This document shows positions 38,655-49,572 of a stretch of DNA of 64,000 bases, one piece after another. The translations under genes were made by a program, and so were the position numbers. The stretch's first letter is position 1; each line of letters starts with the position of its first letter. The notes below the pieces were generated by a model that saw only the letters and a program-made list of their open reading frames with translations, searched no databases and was not told the DNA's origin. Source of the DNA: Patellaria atrata CBS 101060 (lineage: Eukaryota); the NCBI GenBank assembly GCA_010093705.1, contig MU006090.1:434001-498000 (forward strand), read 5' to 3'.

Positions 38655-39632
38655 TCACCGCCCCCCAACAAAACCCTCAAAAAGCCCCTGTCCCAACGTC
38701 CTCCTCCCCTCCCCCTCCCCCTCCCCCTCCCCCGCACCAGCAGCCTCCCCCTCCAACCGCCTCCTCAACCCATCAAACCCCTCCCGTCCCGCCTTCTTCT
38801 CGCCCACAACCCAACCCGGGACCCGCCATCCAGAACCCGGTAGCGCATCGTTGCGGAACGCAGACCCAACAGTCCAGCCCACAGCGGCCGTGAGGAGGGA
38901 GCCCGGGACCTGCGAGAGCGCGAGTTGCAGCGCGGGGAGGTATGTTAGAGTTTTGGAGGTTAGGAGGAGGGGCGTCGTTAGGGGGTTTGGGGGACTGTTG
39001 GGATTATGGGGGTTAGGGTTTGAGATTGAGGTTGGGTTTGAGGTTGAGAGGGCAACCCGGTATTTGTACACGTGCGGGATCGCGGCGTGGTATTGAGCCA
39101 GCAGGGCGAAGAGGAGGGGTGTTGGGCCCCCTGGGAGGTGGTTCGCGTGGGTGAAGGTTAGGGGGCGCAGGAGGAGGGTTAGGAGGAGGGGGGGCAGGAG
39201 GGTCGTGTAGGGGAGGGTGGAGAGGAGGAAAGACTGTGTGGGTTGGTTAACTGGAGTTTGAGGGGCGATGGGAGGAGAGAGGAAAGGGGGAAATGGGACG
39301 TACGGCGAACTTGCGCGTGCCCCAGAGCCGCTCAATGGTGCGGAGGTGGTAGAATGTCAGCGTGGCGAAGAGGACTTCCGTCGAGTTGGTGTAGCATGCC
39401 TATCCCCCGGATATCTTTGTCAGCTCTGGATAATCGAAAGCATGAGGGTTTGTGGAGTGCGCACCTGCCATGTGAATATTCGCCAGAACTGTCCCCATGG
39501 CCATAGGTGCGGGTCGACTTGCAGGTGGAGGTAGTACTTCGTGTCCGTAACGCTGGCGATGAGGGCGGAGACGACGACGTAAAAGACGATGAATTTGGAG
39601 ACGGGCGCGCTGGTGAAGCCGGAGGTGATCAT
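38655..39632 (-). CDS. DSC2: Dsc2/Ucp14-like rhomboid pseudoprotease (DSC E3 ligase subunit); exons 39632-39465, 39399-39304, 39233-38655
   Basis: Spliced sequence [82 protein letters not shown]. Canonical introns 39400-39464 and 39234-39303. Confidence 0.82.
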
Positions 39633-40005
39633 GGTGGGTTGCGAGGAGGAGGCATTGTTTCGTTTGTTTTTAATGGTTTGGAGATGGGAGGATTTCGGTT
39701 ACGTAGCTTTTCGAGTTGGAGGGGATCAGATGTCAAAGCTTTTGTTTACGAAGAATAGAATTATAGTGTATAAGTTAGGGAGAGAATTATAGATGGTACT
39801 GTGCTTCCTGATCGTAATTTACTTTTGATTCTATAGTTTTAATCTCTCGGACCTTGACTTTTGAGTAGATTTCATAAACCGCTTTTACCCCCAGATCAAT
39901 TCCAGTTCTAAGCCATCTCCGATATCTTGTAAAGCAATCAATTGACTTCTCATTCATAATAGCGTGTCCTTTCCATTTCCTTTCAGATTAGCATCGTGAC
40001 CTACC

Positions 40006-41415
40006 TCAGAAATCCTCAATCCTCGTTCCAATCTCCCTCTCATCCGCCAATTTCACCAGTTCCACACCAACCGTAACATCCATCAGCCCCAACCCGACAC
40101 TCTTATAAATCACATTCCCCCTCTGCAACCAATCTCTCAATCCGCTCATCCCATCCTCATCCTCGTCCTTATTATTTAACTCCACACCCCCCTCATCTCC
40201 CTCCATTTTCCCTCTTTTCCTACTCTCCGCATCCCTCTTCAACATAACCAGCTCCCCTAACTCCACCACCTCCCTCCCCGTCAATCCCGCCTGAATCACT
40301 TCCCCGGCCTCCCGCATACAAGCTTCCACAGAATCAACGATCACAGCACCACCGCGTTTGGCGTGCTTATGGAAATGCATATGGCCGTGCTCAGGCGCGA
40401 CGGCTTGCCGCAAGATATCCGGGTGCAACTCCACCATGTGCGGTTTATACGAGCCGATAGCAGCAATATAGCGGCCTTTCTTTCTGCCTTCTGCGCTCAT
40501 CAAATAGGACGCCGGGAACAGCGGCTCCGTGCTTGGGACTGTGCAGAATATCACGCTTGCAGCGCGTACATAATGCTTCAGCAGTCTATCGTACTCCCCA
40601 TGAGCCGGCGTTAGGATCTCTATCTTCGGTTTCGGGATGTGCGATGGGAGTGTATTGAGCAAATTCATCATCATGGCTTTCGCGGTGCCGAAAGAGCGAT
40701 TGATCACGTTGACGTGGTGGACATCTGCCCCGCGCAGGAGGAGTGCGAGCCGGATGTGCCAGTAGGCTTGCTTGCCAGCGCCGAAGATGGTGATGTCGTG
40801 CACAGATTTACGTTTTGTGAAGAGCATGCTGCTGGCGAGGGCGGTGCGGAAGGCGGTGATCTCGGAAGCATTGAGGAGAGCACGGGGATTACCGGATTCG
40901 TCCAGGAGAGTAATGACACCCCGTGGGGTTGTGGAAGAAGGTTTGGGATCCGCAGGAGGGTGGGTGTTCACAGTTGTTTGAGAGGACGCGGGGGTTTTTG
41001 AGGAGTGCGAGGAGCGAGTGTAGATGGAAGAGGAAGTAGTCCCTGAGATACTTGGACTAGGATGATGGTCTGAGGATGAGATTGAGAGCGAAGACAGCGA
41101 ATGAGATGCTGGTGAAACATGCTGTCCGGATGAATTCCCCTTAGAGTCATCCGGTTCAGTAAGTGTAACTATCTTCACTCCTAATCCAAGGGTACCACTC
41201 GCCGGCATAAAAAGCGTGGTTTGGCCATCATTGCGCTTTAAAGCCGTTCGCTGGGGCTGGTATGATGCAGAGCAAGAGTTTTCGTCCGCTTCTGTAGCTG
41301 TAGAGTAGAAATGCAAAGCGTCGGAGAGTGACAACTGTAAATCTAGAATATCATCTCTGGTCAATTGATCGAGGATATCTTGGACATTGGAGTCGGAGAG
41401 GACCGTGAGGGGCAT
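40006..41415 (-). CDS. Ornithine cyclodeaminase/mu-crystallin family protein (PrnX-like)
   Basis: TTLFMPAS, GVKIVT, ITAFRTALAS, IFGAGKQAYWH, AIGSYKPHMVEL, IYKSVGLGLMD. Confidence 0.9.
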   Translation of the reverse strand: MPLTVLSDSNVQDILDQLTRDDILDLQLSLSDALHFYSTATEADENSCSASYQPQRTALKRNDGQTTLFMPASGTLGLGVKIVTLTEPDDSKGNSSGQHVSPASHSLSSLSISSSDHHPSPSISGTTSSSIYTRSSHSSKTPASSQTTVNTHPPADPKPSSTTPRGVITLLDESGNPRALLNASEITAFRTALASSMLFTKRKSVHDITIFGAGKQAYWHIRLALLLRGADVHHVNVINRSFGTAKAMMMNLLNTLPSHIPKPKIEILTPAHGEYDRLLKHYVRAASVIFCTVPSTEPLFPASYLMSAEGRKKGRYIAAIGSYKPHMVELHPDILRQAVAPEHGHMHFHKHAKRGGAVIVDSVEACMREAGEVIQAGLTGREVVELGELVMLKRDAESRKRGKMEGDEGGVELNNKDEDEDGMSGLRDWLQRGNVIYKSVGLGLMDVTVGVELVKLADEREIGTRIEDF

Positions 41416-42046
41416 CTTTCTACCTTATGTGGTATGACGTGCGCGGGGTTCTCCTTCTTTGATGGCACAATTCGAATTTCAAAGGTTCGACACTGAAGGA
41501 ATAGGTGTAACAAGATTTCTAGGTTCAAGGTGTTAGCAGAAACTTGTACTTTATATCCTTTCTTTTCTCCGACTTATCCAAGTCCCGGGGTTTAGCTAAT
41601 GATGTGCCTGAATCTCGGGATTAATAAACAGTTCATACGACTATCACCCAACCTAAGGGCTCCATGCTTCGACCTTTAGACTACTTGGCACTCTCGTGGA
41701 GTCTACCATAGGTTCTCTATTTAGCATTTGGCCTGGAGATATCAGAGACAACGGAGTTATCTAGCGAACTCTAAAGTGCTGTACTGTACTGTACGTATCA
41801 GAGGTTGATTTGACTTCATTGCTACTTTTGGTACAGTACAAATTTCCGTTATGTTTAGAGAAAGTTGAACTAACGAGTAAACTAACATATTTGTACTTAG
41901 GGCGATGATAGGGGTATCATGTAGTAAAAGATTATACTAGAGTTAAGTCTTATGCCGTGATTCCATTTGCGAATCAGGTCAGTAACTCCACGGAAATGCT
42001 CAGATGACCACAACCCTATGAGGCACTGGATATGAACCTCTCTGAA

Positions 42047-43634
42047 CTATGCTGTATGAGGCTTTTGACCGTAAACAAAATACCTTTCAAAAATTAGCAA
42101 GATGGCATAATAATGTTCGCGTCATTGAACTTACGCCCACTGATATGCTAATAAACTTTTGGTTTTGATGGCATTTCTCATCCTTGCGCAGTAAACTTCA
42201 ATCTCTTCTGGTTTCCACTATCCAAATGTCAGCTATTTGAAATCATCCCATCTGGAGGCGTTCCCACTCCAAGTTTGTTGTGAAAACGTCTGGAGCAGAA
42301 ATCCTGGATGCCAGCATCAAGACGCTGTTGATTCCAAAAGCCAATTTCCTGTAGGCTTTTGTTCTTGGCCCATTTTCCAATCGGCCAGGCCACTCTCCGC
42401 ATCGTTACGTTAACAAAGCCAGCTTCTTCCATCCATTCTTTTAGGTATGGGCCAATGTTAAATGTCATTCCAGACTAGCTTCGTCAGCTTAGAATAAACC
42501 CGGATTACGAATATATACAAACCTTCTCCCCCGCATCTAGCATGAGTCTTCCCCACTGGGTATAGCAGTGCTCCTGCGGGAGATCAATATGGTCGGATGT
42601 AAAGAATAAACTTGGCTCGGCTTGATCAAACCACCCGCCGGGCTTAAGTGCTCTAATATCGCATTAGAGTTCATTCGAACTAGATATAGATTTGAGAAGT
42701 TACTTGAGAGCTTTCTTGTATAATTCTACCCAGTCAGGACATGACCCAAGTAATTCTCGAGCATGTATGAGATCGAATTTGTTCTCATCCAGCCAGTCGA
42801 GATTATAATCGTCAATTTCGAATATTGCATTGGGCGGAGTCCAGGTAGGTTGAATTGGAGACAACTCTATTCCTTTCACTTGTGCATTTGGATACTGTTC
42901 AGCCACATCCCTAAAGGGGAGTAAGTAATTTGAGAAGAAAATGATAGTGGACTTTCGCATAGAGTGAACAGAACAGGTCCCGTGATAAGAGGAGACTCAC
43001 ATTGCCCATATCCCGGTTCCACATCCAAGGTCAAGAATACGCTATTGATACTATCAGCGATTGCTTTACGATTAAAGATAAGATTCTTATATTACTTGGG
43101 GATTCTCCACAGGAGCAAGGAAGAGCTTGTTATCTAGGGTTACGAGCCAAAGATGATGACTTAAGTGAAGAGGATCAGTCAACCCGAATCATTGTGGACA
43201 AGAAAGGATGTATGTAGTACCTCAAGTCTTGCTGATCTTGAGCTCGAGCATCGTTTGGGCCCCAGTGCTCTGTCGAACCTATAACATGGAATCAGCTATA
43301 CGCACATTGATAATCTTAAGCTGTCATACCGTATGCGTGATATGTTCTACCATTCTCCTCTCTATACTTTGTAATGACTGATGCTAACGAAGTCGTCTCA
43401 GTGACATTTCCTGGAGTAGGATCATATGCCGAATCTGCGTCGTCGGTGTTATGTACGTCGGATTGCACTTCTGGCCCGATAGAATCCTGGACATATCAGT
43501 TGGCCATTGTGGATAAAGACGGGTACATAGCGAACCTCTACCGTCTGTAAAGGTGGTGGAACATCACCACTCAGATGTTGCGGCGGGCTCGATCTAGTTG
43601 GAGATACGGAGGGTACACGAGCTGATTCATCCAT
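42047..43634 (-). CDS. SAM-dependent methyltransferase, LaeA-like family; multi-exon
   Basis: Spliced segments TTSLASVITKYREENGRTYHAY, HWGPNDARAQDQQDL, ILDLGCGTGIWA, VKGIELSPIQPTWTPPNAIFEIDD, FDLIHARELLG, LKPGGWFDQAE, MEEAGFVNV..WPIGKW, YFVYGQKP; stop TAG at 42047-42049. Confidence 0.88.
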
Positions 43635-44023
43635 ACAGTCACGGGAAATGATATCAAAGGGATAGTCCCGGCTTCAAAGTCATATATGAGCTAGGTAACT
43701 GGGCCTAGATCTGGATATACAACGTGGTTTGTAAGTAACAGAGCTCAGAGAAGCTGAGAATAGCTTTAGAACAGCTCTTTAAGATATGGAAGGATGCGGA
43801 TGCGGGCAGAAGGAATCGGCAGTATCTGCCCCGTGTTGCTGTGAAAGAAACAAGATAAAGGCCACATCGATCTGGCTCGAGGATCGCTCCGACTGCGAAT
43901 GAGGTGTTTACGGGCCGTGAGGAATTGGGAGCTTATGCGGTTATTGACCTTAGTTAGGTATGGGATGAGAACTTGAGAAGTAAAATATGTAAGTTTGTGG
44001 GGGTTACACCTGTGCTGCCCTGG

Positions 44024-44084
44024 GCGTGGATGCACCGCCGATGCGCGTGAATGCACCGTCGATGCGCGTGGATGTGCAACCGAT
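44024..44084. repeat. 21-nt direct repeat GCGTG(G/A)ATGCACCG(C/T)CGATGC, about 3 copies, in a divergent promoter
   Basis: Copies start at 44024, 44045 and 44066 (the third is degenerate). Confidence 0.8.
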
Positions 44085-44319
44085 ATGTAACTTGCCGAAT
44101 CAATTCTGTAAGCATAAGGGTTAGACCCTAAGTTTCCAACTAGATATAGTTAGAGAAGTTAGAATGGATTTCTAAGCTCTGAAGGCCTGCAAAATGCATA
44201 TTGAGCATGCTAGTACTTTTCCATACCAATACGGTCCCACAGGACTTGCATTGCATTCGACTGAAGATATGGATGCTCCCCCCCCCTCTATCTCCTCCGG
44301 AGGCACAGCAATAGTAAAA

Positions 44320-45854
44320 ATGGCAACAGCAACTACCGAACACGAATTGAGCGTAATAATTGCTGGAGCCGGTGAGTATTTTGAGCATTTTCCTAGAGAC
44401 TCACACGGACTGAGCTTGAGGTAGGCTCGACCGGTCTGCTTGTTGCTCAAGTCCTGAAGAAGGTAACTCAGAGAATTACAAATCGGGAAATCCCAACGCA
44501 AGTCACAGTTGAAATAGCTGTTGACCATCACTATAGGTGGGCATTGCATGCACAGTCTACGAAGCGGATCCTACTCCAACTCATCGACCAAGAGACTGGA
44601 ACTTCGGCATATATTGGGCTCAGGTATGCTAGTTCTCTAAGTCACAGGAAGCTCGTTGATGAGAGAGGCAGTCTCCTCTGGGCAATTGTTTGCCACAGGA
44701 ATTGAATGACCAATTGACAGCCTGTCAAGTCGATATCCATACGCCAGCAGCTGACGACATTTTACCTGTACTAAATGGTAAGACTGGCGAGGTGCTCAAA
44801 GAGGTAGCAGCACCCTTCAATTTACGTCTGCAGAGGCGCAAATTCATTCAATTGCTCGGAACGGGAATTGATATCCAGGTCATTTCGCTCCTCTTAAACT
44901 GACGATTTCCCTGTTAACTTTTGCATAGTACGGTAAACGTCTAGTAGGGGTTGAGAGCGGAAATGGAATCGCGAAGGCAAAGTTCGAAGACGGCTCAGAA
45001 CACACAGCGAACCTTTTGATCGGTGCCGAGGGTGCCCATTCTGTGGTTCGAAATTTCCTGTGTGGACCAGAAAAGGGAGCTCTCAAAGAATCCCCTTTGG
45101 TAGCAAATGCAACAATCTGCAGGCTTCCAGCTGAGAATGCTTTGGCCATACGAAAATTACATCATAGATCAACCATATGGTTTCACCCAAATAACTCATT
45201 CACCTGGTTCGGCGGTTAGGAAATCCGTTCGCCCTAGTACCGCAACATCTGACAAGCCTATAGTCCATAATGCTTACGAGAGAGATAACCCGGAGGATTG
45301 GGAGTTCATGTTCCTTCAATCGTGGAAAGAGGAAGACTCAACTCCTCTTAGTCAAACCAAAATCCTCCAAGATATGAAAACAAGAGCTGATGACTTTGCC
45401 GACCCTTACAAGTCTTGTGTCTATGCGATTGCTGAGGGAACCAAATGCTGGCGTAGTCGACTGAAGTACTGGCCAACGGAGCCTTGGGATAATCTTAACG
45501 GGACCGTAACATTAGCAGGGGATGCAGCTCACCCCATGACTTTCCGTAAGTCTCTACATTTCCATTTAGCAAGTTTATGAAGTAACGCCGTAAGCAGATC
45601 GTGGGCAAGGTCTTAACAACGCTATAAGTGATGCGGCATCTTTTCTTTCAAGATTGGAGGCGATGCCGGCCAGAACACCTGAAGCGCTTGCTACTGCAGT
45701 AAAAGGATATGAGGAGGAAATGTGGGTACGCGGTAGAGAAGCGGTACTTGGGTCGAACGAGAATAGCCTGGCGATTCACGACTGGTCCCAGTTACAGAAG
45801 TCACCGCTCTTCACGTCCGGTCTTAAGCAAAAGATAGCTAGAGAGGAAGACTAG
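44320..45854 (+). CDS. FAD-dependent monooxygenase (class A flavoprotein hydroxylase); multi-exon
   Basis: Spliced VIIAGAGSTGLLVAQ (GxGxxG), TVYEADP..RPRDWNFGIYW, LLIGAEGAHSVVR, VTLAGDAAHPMTF-RGQGLNNAISDA. An alternative upstream ATG lies at 44269. Confidence 0.9.
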
Positions 45855-46215
45855 AAGACTTGAATTGCACACTGTACAATCTTAGAATGATGAATTTATG
45901 AATAATACTGTACCTCTTTGATGTAGAAACTAGAAAAGGTACTTTCGTACTTCATTAAGACCTTGAGTCTATTGACGCATCACAGACGCGATCAAGAACA
46001 AAGTGGGAACTTAATCGTACTGAAATCTCTGGAGTTGAGAGAACGATAAACTTTGGTTGTCGTTCTTTTATACATTTTGGGTCTAAAGATTAGCTCAGTC
46101 AACCGGTTCCGGTCCAGGCCTTGGCAGATGATACGTCGTGTTTTGAAGTTTGTTTGTCACCTTGATACATTTCATGCTTCATATCAATATGTGAGAACCC
46201 CATCCGCCTGCCAGT

Positions 46216-47520
46216 ATGCGCTATCCCCGTATTCTTTTCCGCATCTGGTACAGCACTACATATACGGTCCTTTTTATTATCCTCCTCGGATTAACCGCCG
46301 TTGCTCCAACCGATCATGTTTATCAAGCATTTCGCAGAAAGGAGCTCGAGAACATCTTCATTGTCGCTGGCGTTTATATTCTAACAATCGTAATTGCGAT
46401 ATTCATCTATGCAAGCCGGCTTTATACCAACCGTATCGTTCTCGCGGCCATCCCGAAGAGCTATATTCCGATTGAGCCAGGAGAGGTGGGCAAGAACGTT
46501 AGGCGTATAATCGTCAAGAACTTGAAAAGGAGCGCAACAATAGCTTGGGATTCGCGACCACGGGATACTAAACCAGAGTTGGGGGCAGCTGGGGGGACTA
46601 ACCCGCCGACTAGGGAGAATAGCGGTCCTCTGAACTTCCGGAAGCGTAGCCAATTCTTCGAGACAACCGTTATACCTATTGATCCAGATTCACCCCCTTG
46701 GGGTCACATTGCGCATCCGGGATGGTCATCCCCTAGTCTTGAAGACTTGCCAAACCTGCAGTTCCGGCCTATTATAATGGAACTACCCAACCTAATCGAA
46801 GCGAAAGCCGTATCATTGGCACCACCCAATCCTATCTTTGAGACTCTTCGCCCAGAACTACAAGATATTGAACCTACACCCGACGCAAGGATTGTGGAAC
46901 TACTCCAGCGTTCTATCACAACGGGCCTGCGCGAGTATTTGGCGCAATTGAGCTCAGTAGGTCTCATCAATCCACCGCATCTGGGAGCGCAGTTCCTCGC
47001 GGAGTATGAATATGCGCGTTTCTCCACATTCCCACTCACAGAGGAACAATTTAGAAGCTTAATGGCGGTGTTCGCTCGAATTTTAAGCGGAATGGTTGAA
47101 CTGGATCCGGAATTTGTGGACCAGGTACAGTCTGCTGGAATAGATTCGGAGGAAACGAGTATTGTCCCTTTATCGGTGTCGTCTAGATCTTCAAACTCCA
47201 ATGGTTCAGCGATTCGTTATAGAACCCCAACGTTGGCTTCCGTACACTTTGAGACGCGAACTCAACCGCACAACCTTCATCGAAGTCAAAGTGGGCCTTC
47301 AGGACTCAGGACGCCGAGCAGTCAGCGGACGCCGATTCCACGGACGCCTTCTATGATATCCCTAGGCTCTGTAAAGCGACATCCTTCGGCACATTCTACT
47401 TCGTCTGGTCTTGCGAGTTCCTCATCCTCATCCCTACGGTCCGCCCAAAGCGTCATCAGACTCACACCAAATCCCAGACCTGGTGATCTACCTTATCAGT
47501 TCGACTTTAGCGGGAGCTAA
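46216..47520 (+). CDS. DLT1: DLT1-like (defect at low temperature) membrane protein
   Basis: Two N-terminal transmembrane helices (FRIWYSTTY...), YASRLYTNR..LAAIPKSYIPI, WGHIAHPGW, FLAEYEYARFS..LTEEQFRSLM, Ser-rich tail. Confidence 0.75.
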   Translation: MRYPRILFRIWYSTTYTVLFIILLGLTAVAPTDHVYQAFRRKELENIFIVAGVYILTIVIAIFIYASRLYTNRIVLAAIPKSYIPIEPGEVGKNVRRIIVKNLKRSATIAWDSRPRDTKPELGAAGGTNPPTRENSGPLNFRKRSQFFETTVIPIDPDSPPWGHIAHPGWSSPSLEDLPNLQFRPIIMELPNLIEAKAVSLAPPNPIFETLRPELQDIEPTPDARIVELLQRSITTGLREYLAQLSSVGLINPPHLGAQFLAEYEYARFSTFPLTEEQFRSLMAVFARILSGMVELDPEFVDQVQSAGIDSEETSIVPLSVSSRSSNSNGSAIRYRTPTLASVHFETRTQPHNLHRSQSGPSGLRTPSSQRTPIPRTPSMISLGSVKRHPSAHSTSSGLASSSSSSLRSAQSVIRLTPNPRPGDLPYQFDFSGS

Positions 47521-47748
47521 AAAGAGCATTTCAGTATGATATATCATGCATCTATACTTGTATTCATTCATATGCTCTCTATGTGGTGATACAGCACCTT
47601 CGTAAGCCAACCGGTGCGATTATATACTACCATTGGCTCAATACCGACGACCCCCAACATGTGGAGTCTGCGAGTTCGAGTCTTCGTTTACCTCAGGAAT
47701 TTGAGGTTTAGATGAGACGATCGTAGGGACTAATACTCATCGCAGACA

Positions 47749-48972
47749 TCACCAACTGACCAACCGCTTCCCCCGATCAAATCCTCCCCGTAACTGCCAC
47801 TCCGGCTTCACCACCTTGCCCTGCAGCACGGTATACCTAACAATATTCTCACAATCCTCCGGCCTTATCCTCGCGAGCCAGATACATTGCGATGCCTCTA
47901 TATTGACTTCCTGGTCCTTCTCCGCACCGCCATCGTCTACAGCGCCAGCGCTGCCCGCCCTCCGATATACCATCATGTTGGCGGAAAACTTGTGGCCACC
48001 TACGTGGCTTATAAAATATATACCAACGCCACCGGGCCGCTCGTCGTGGAGATCGCGGTACAGGCCTAGGGGCCGCAGGTGCCGTTCGAGTTCGCGGCGT
48101 AGGAGGGGTGCGGACTGTCCGCATCGGGCGTCACGGGTCTTTTGGCTGCATAAGAGGATGAGATAGTTATGGGGACATGGGCGGGATCTAATCTTTAGGG
48201 CTTGTGGTATAGATGAAGACTCTTCTGGGAGGTCCTTCGAACCATTCACGGATGGTTCAGAGGCGGAAGGTGGAGCTTGTGTATGAAGAGGGGTGGTATT
48301 CGTGGGAGCGTTATTAATGTACGTTCTTATGAGCTCGGGTACGTTGGAAGGAGTGATGTTGTCGAATAGAGTGAAAGCAGGTAGAAGGAGAACTGTAGAT
48401 GGAGGCGCAGAGCCGTCTTCTGCTTCATGTGCGTTATCTGGCAATGGCATGTTCGATGCCGAGAGCATGAGTTTCTATCATACCCATCCGCATCAGTCAG
48501 CTTCTCGAGCAATACAAAAATCCAAGCAACCTCTCAAATTGCATCCGACTCACCCCATTCTTCGGTTTTTCCGCCTTCTCTACCGCTTCCATGATACTTC
48601 CCTTCTCATCTGCATCACGTAATCATTAGCCCCTTTTCTTCCCAACTCTCCGTCTGCTACCCACTACTCGATCATATATAAAATAGAACCTCACTCACCA
48701 GCAACATCCCTCACCCAGTCCGTCTTCCCCGTCGCAACCACCAAATGCGTTGCCCACCCATTCACATGTCCATAAAGCTTCTCATCCACATCTATACTAA
48801 ACTTCGCCGGATATTTGATCGTGCACGTCGCGCAGTCGTATTCACATTCTTCTCCATCAACCTCTTTCTTCGTCGGTGGGAATAGAGAAGTGGCTGTAGG
48901 AGCTTTGAAAAAGCCTTCGTGGGCAGAGGGCGGTTTGAGCGACCAGAAGAGGTTTGTTAAAGTCGCGGCCAT
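47749..48972 (-). CDS. APD1: Sucrase/ferredoxin-like (Apd1/Aim32 family) thioredoxin-like 2Fe-2S protein; exons 48972-48699, 48609-48554, 48474-47749
   Basis: CEYDCATC, HLVVATGKTDWVRDV, LLCSQKTRDARCG, ISHVGGHKFSAN (C-x8-C plus HxGGH ligand motif). Canonical introns. An alternative ATG lies at 49026. Confidence 0.88.
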
Positions 48973-49453
48973 TTTTTTGTGAGGACGGAAGTAGGAGGAG
49001 GCGTTTTGGGAGTTTTTGGGGGACATGGTGAGATGATGGGATGGGGATCTGATTAGATAATTTTGAGGCGGAAGAGTTCCGGACGTGTTGTGGGTGCGGG
49101 GGAGTTCGGAATCGCTAGGATTGGTAAGGTGTGGTTGGCTGGGCGATTGCTTGATTTTGAGATGAGAACGGGTGGAGAAAACAGGAGACTGAAGATATGC
49201 GAAAGAAGAAGCTTCGGCTGATATTTATATGCGAGAGTTTCTCAATTACTCCCTTCGGGACGGTCCACTAGTATTGCACCGAAGACACGTAGTAAAACAT
49301 CAACTCCGAGCTTTAATCCGAGGGCGGCCTTGAAGAATCCAGTGAAAGATTCTGGAGACGTAGAGAGGGAGGACGTCTCTATTGTAGATAATAGCCCTCA
49401 GGGGTCGAATCAACGATCAGATAAAAGTTTTTGTTCCAACTCACCTGAAAGTT

Positions 49454-49459
49454 ACGCGT
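49454..49459. promoter_or_regulatory. Possible MluI cell-cycle box (ACGCGT) upstream of the OB-fold gene
   Basis: ACGCGT about 115 nt upstream of ATG 49573. A single hexamer, so it could be chance. Confidence 0.35.
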
Positions 49460-49572
49460 CATCGGTATTATTCATTCCTCGATGAGTCGGTTTTAATTAT
49501 CCTGAAAGAGCAAGGTCGGCGATAGAGCGGTGTCAATAGCAAACCGCATAGGGACTACCTAATACAGTAAGG

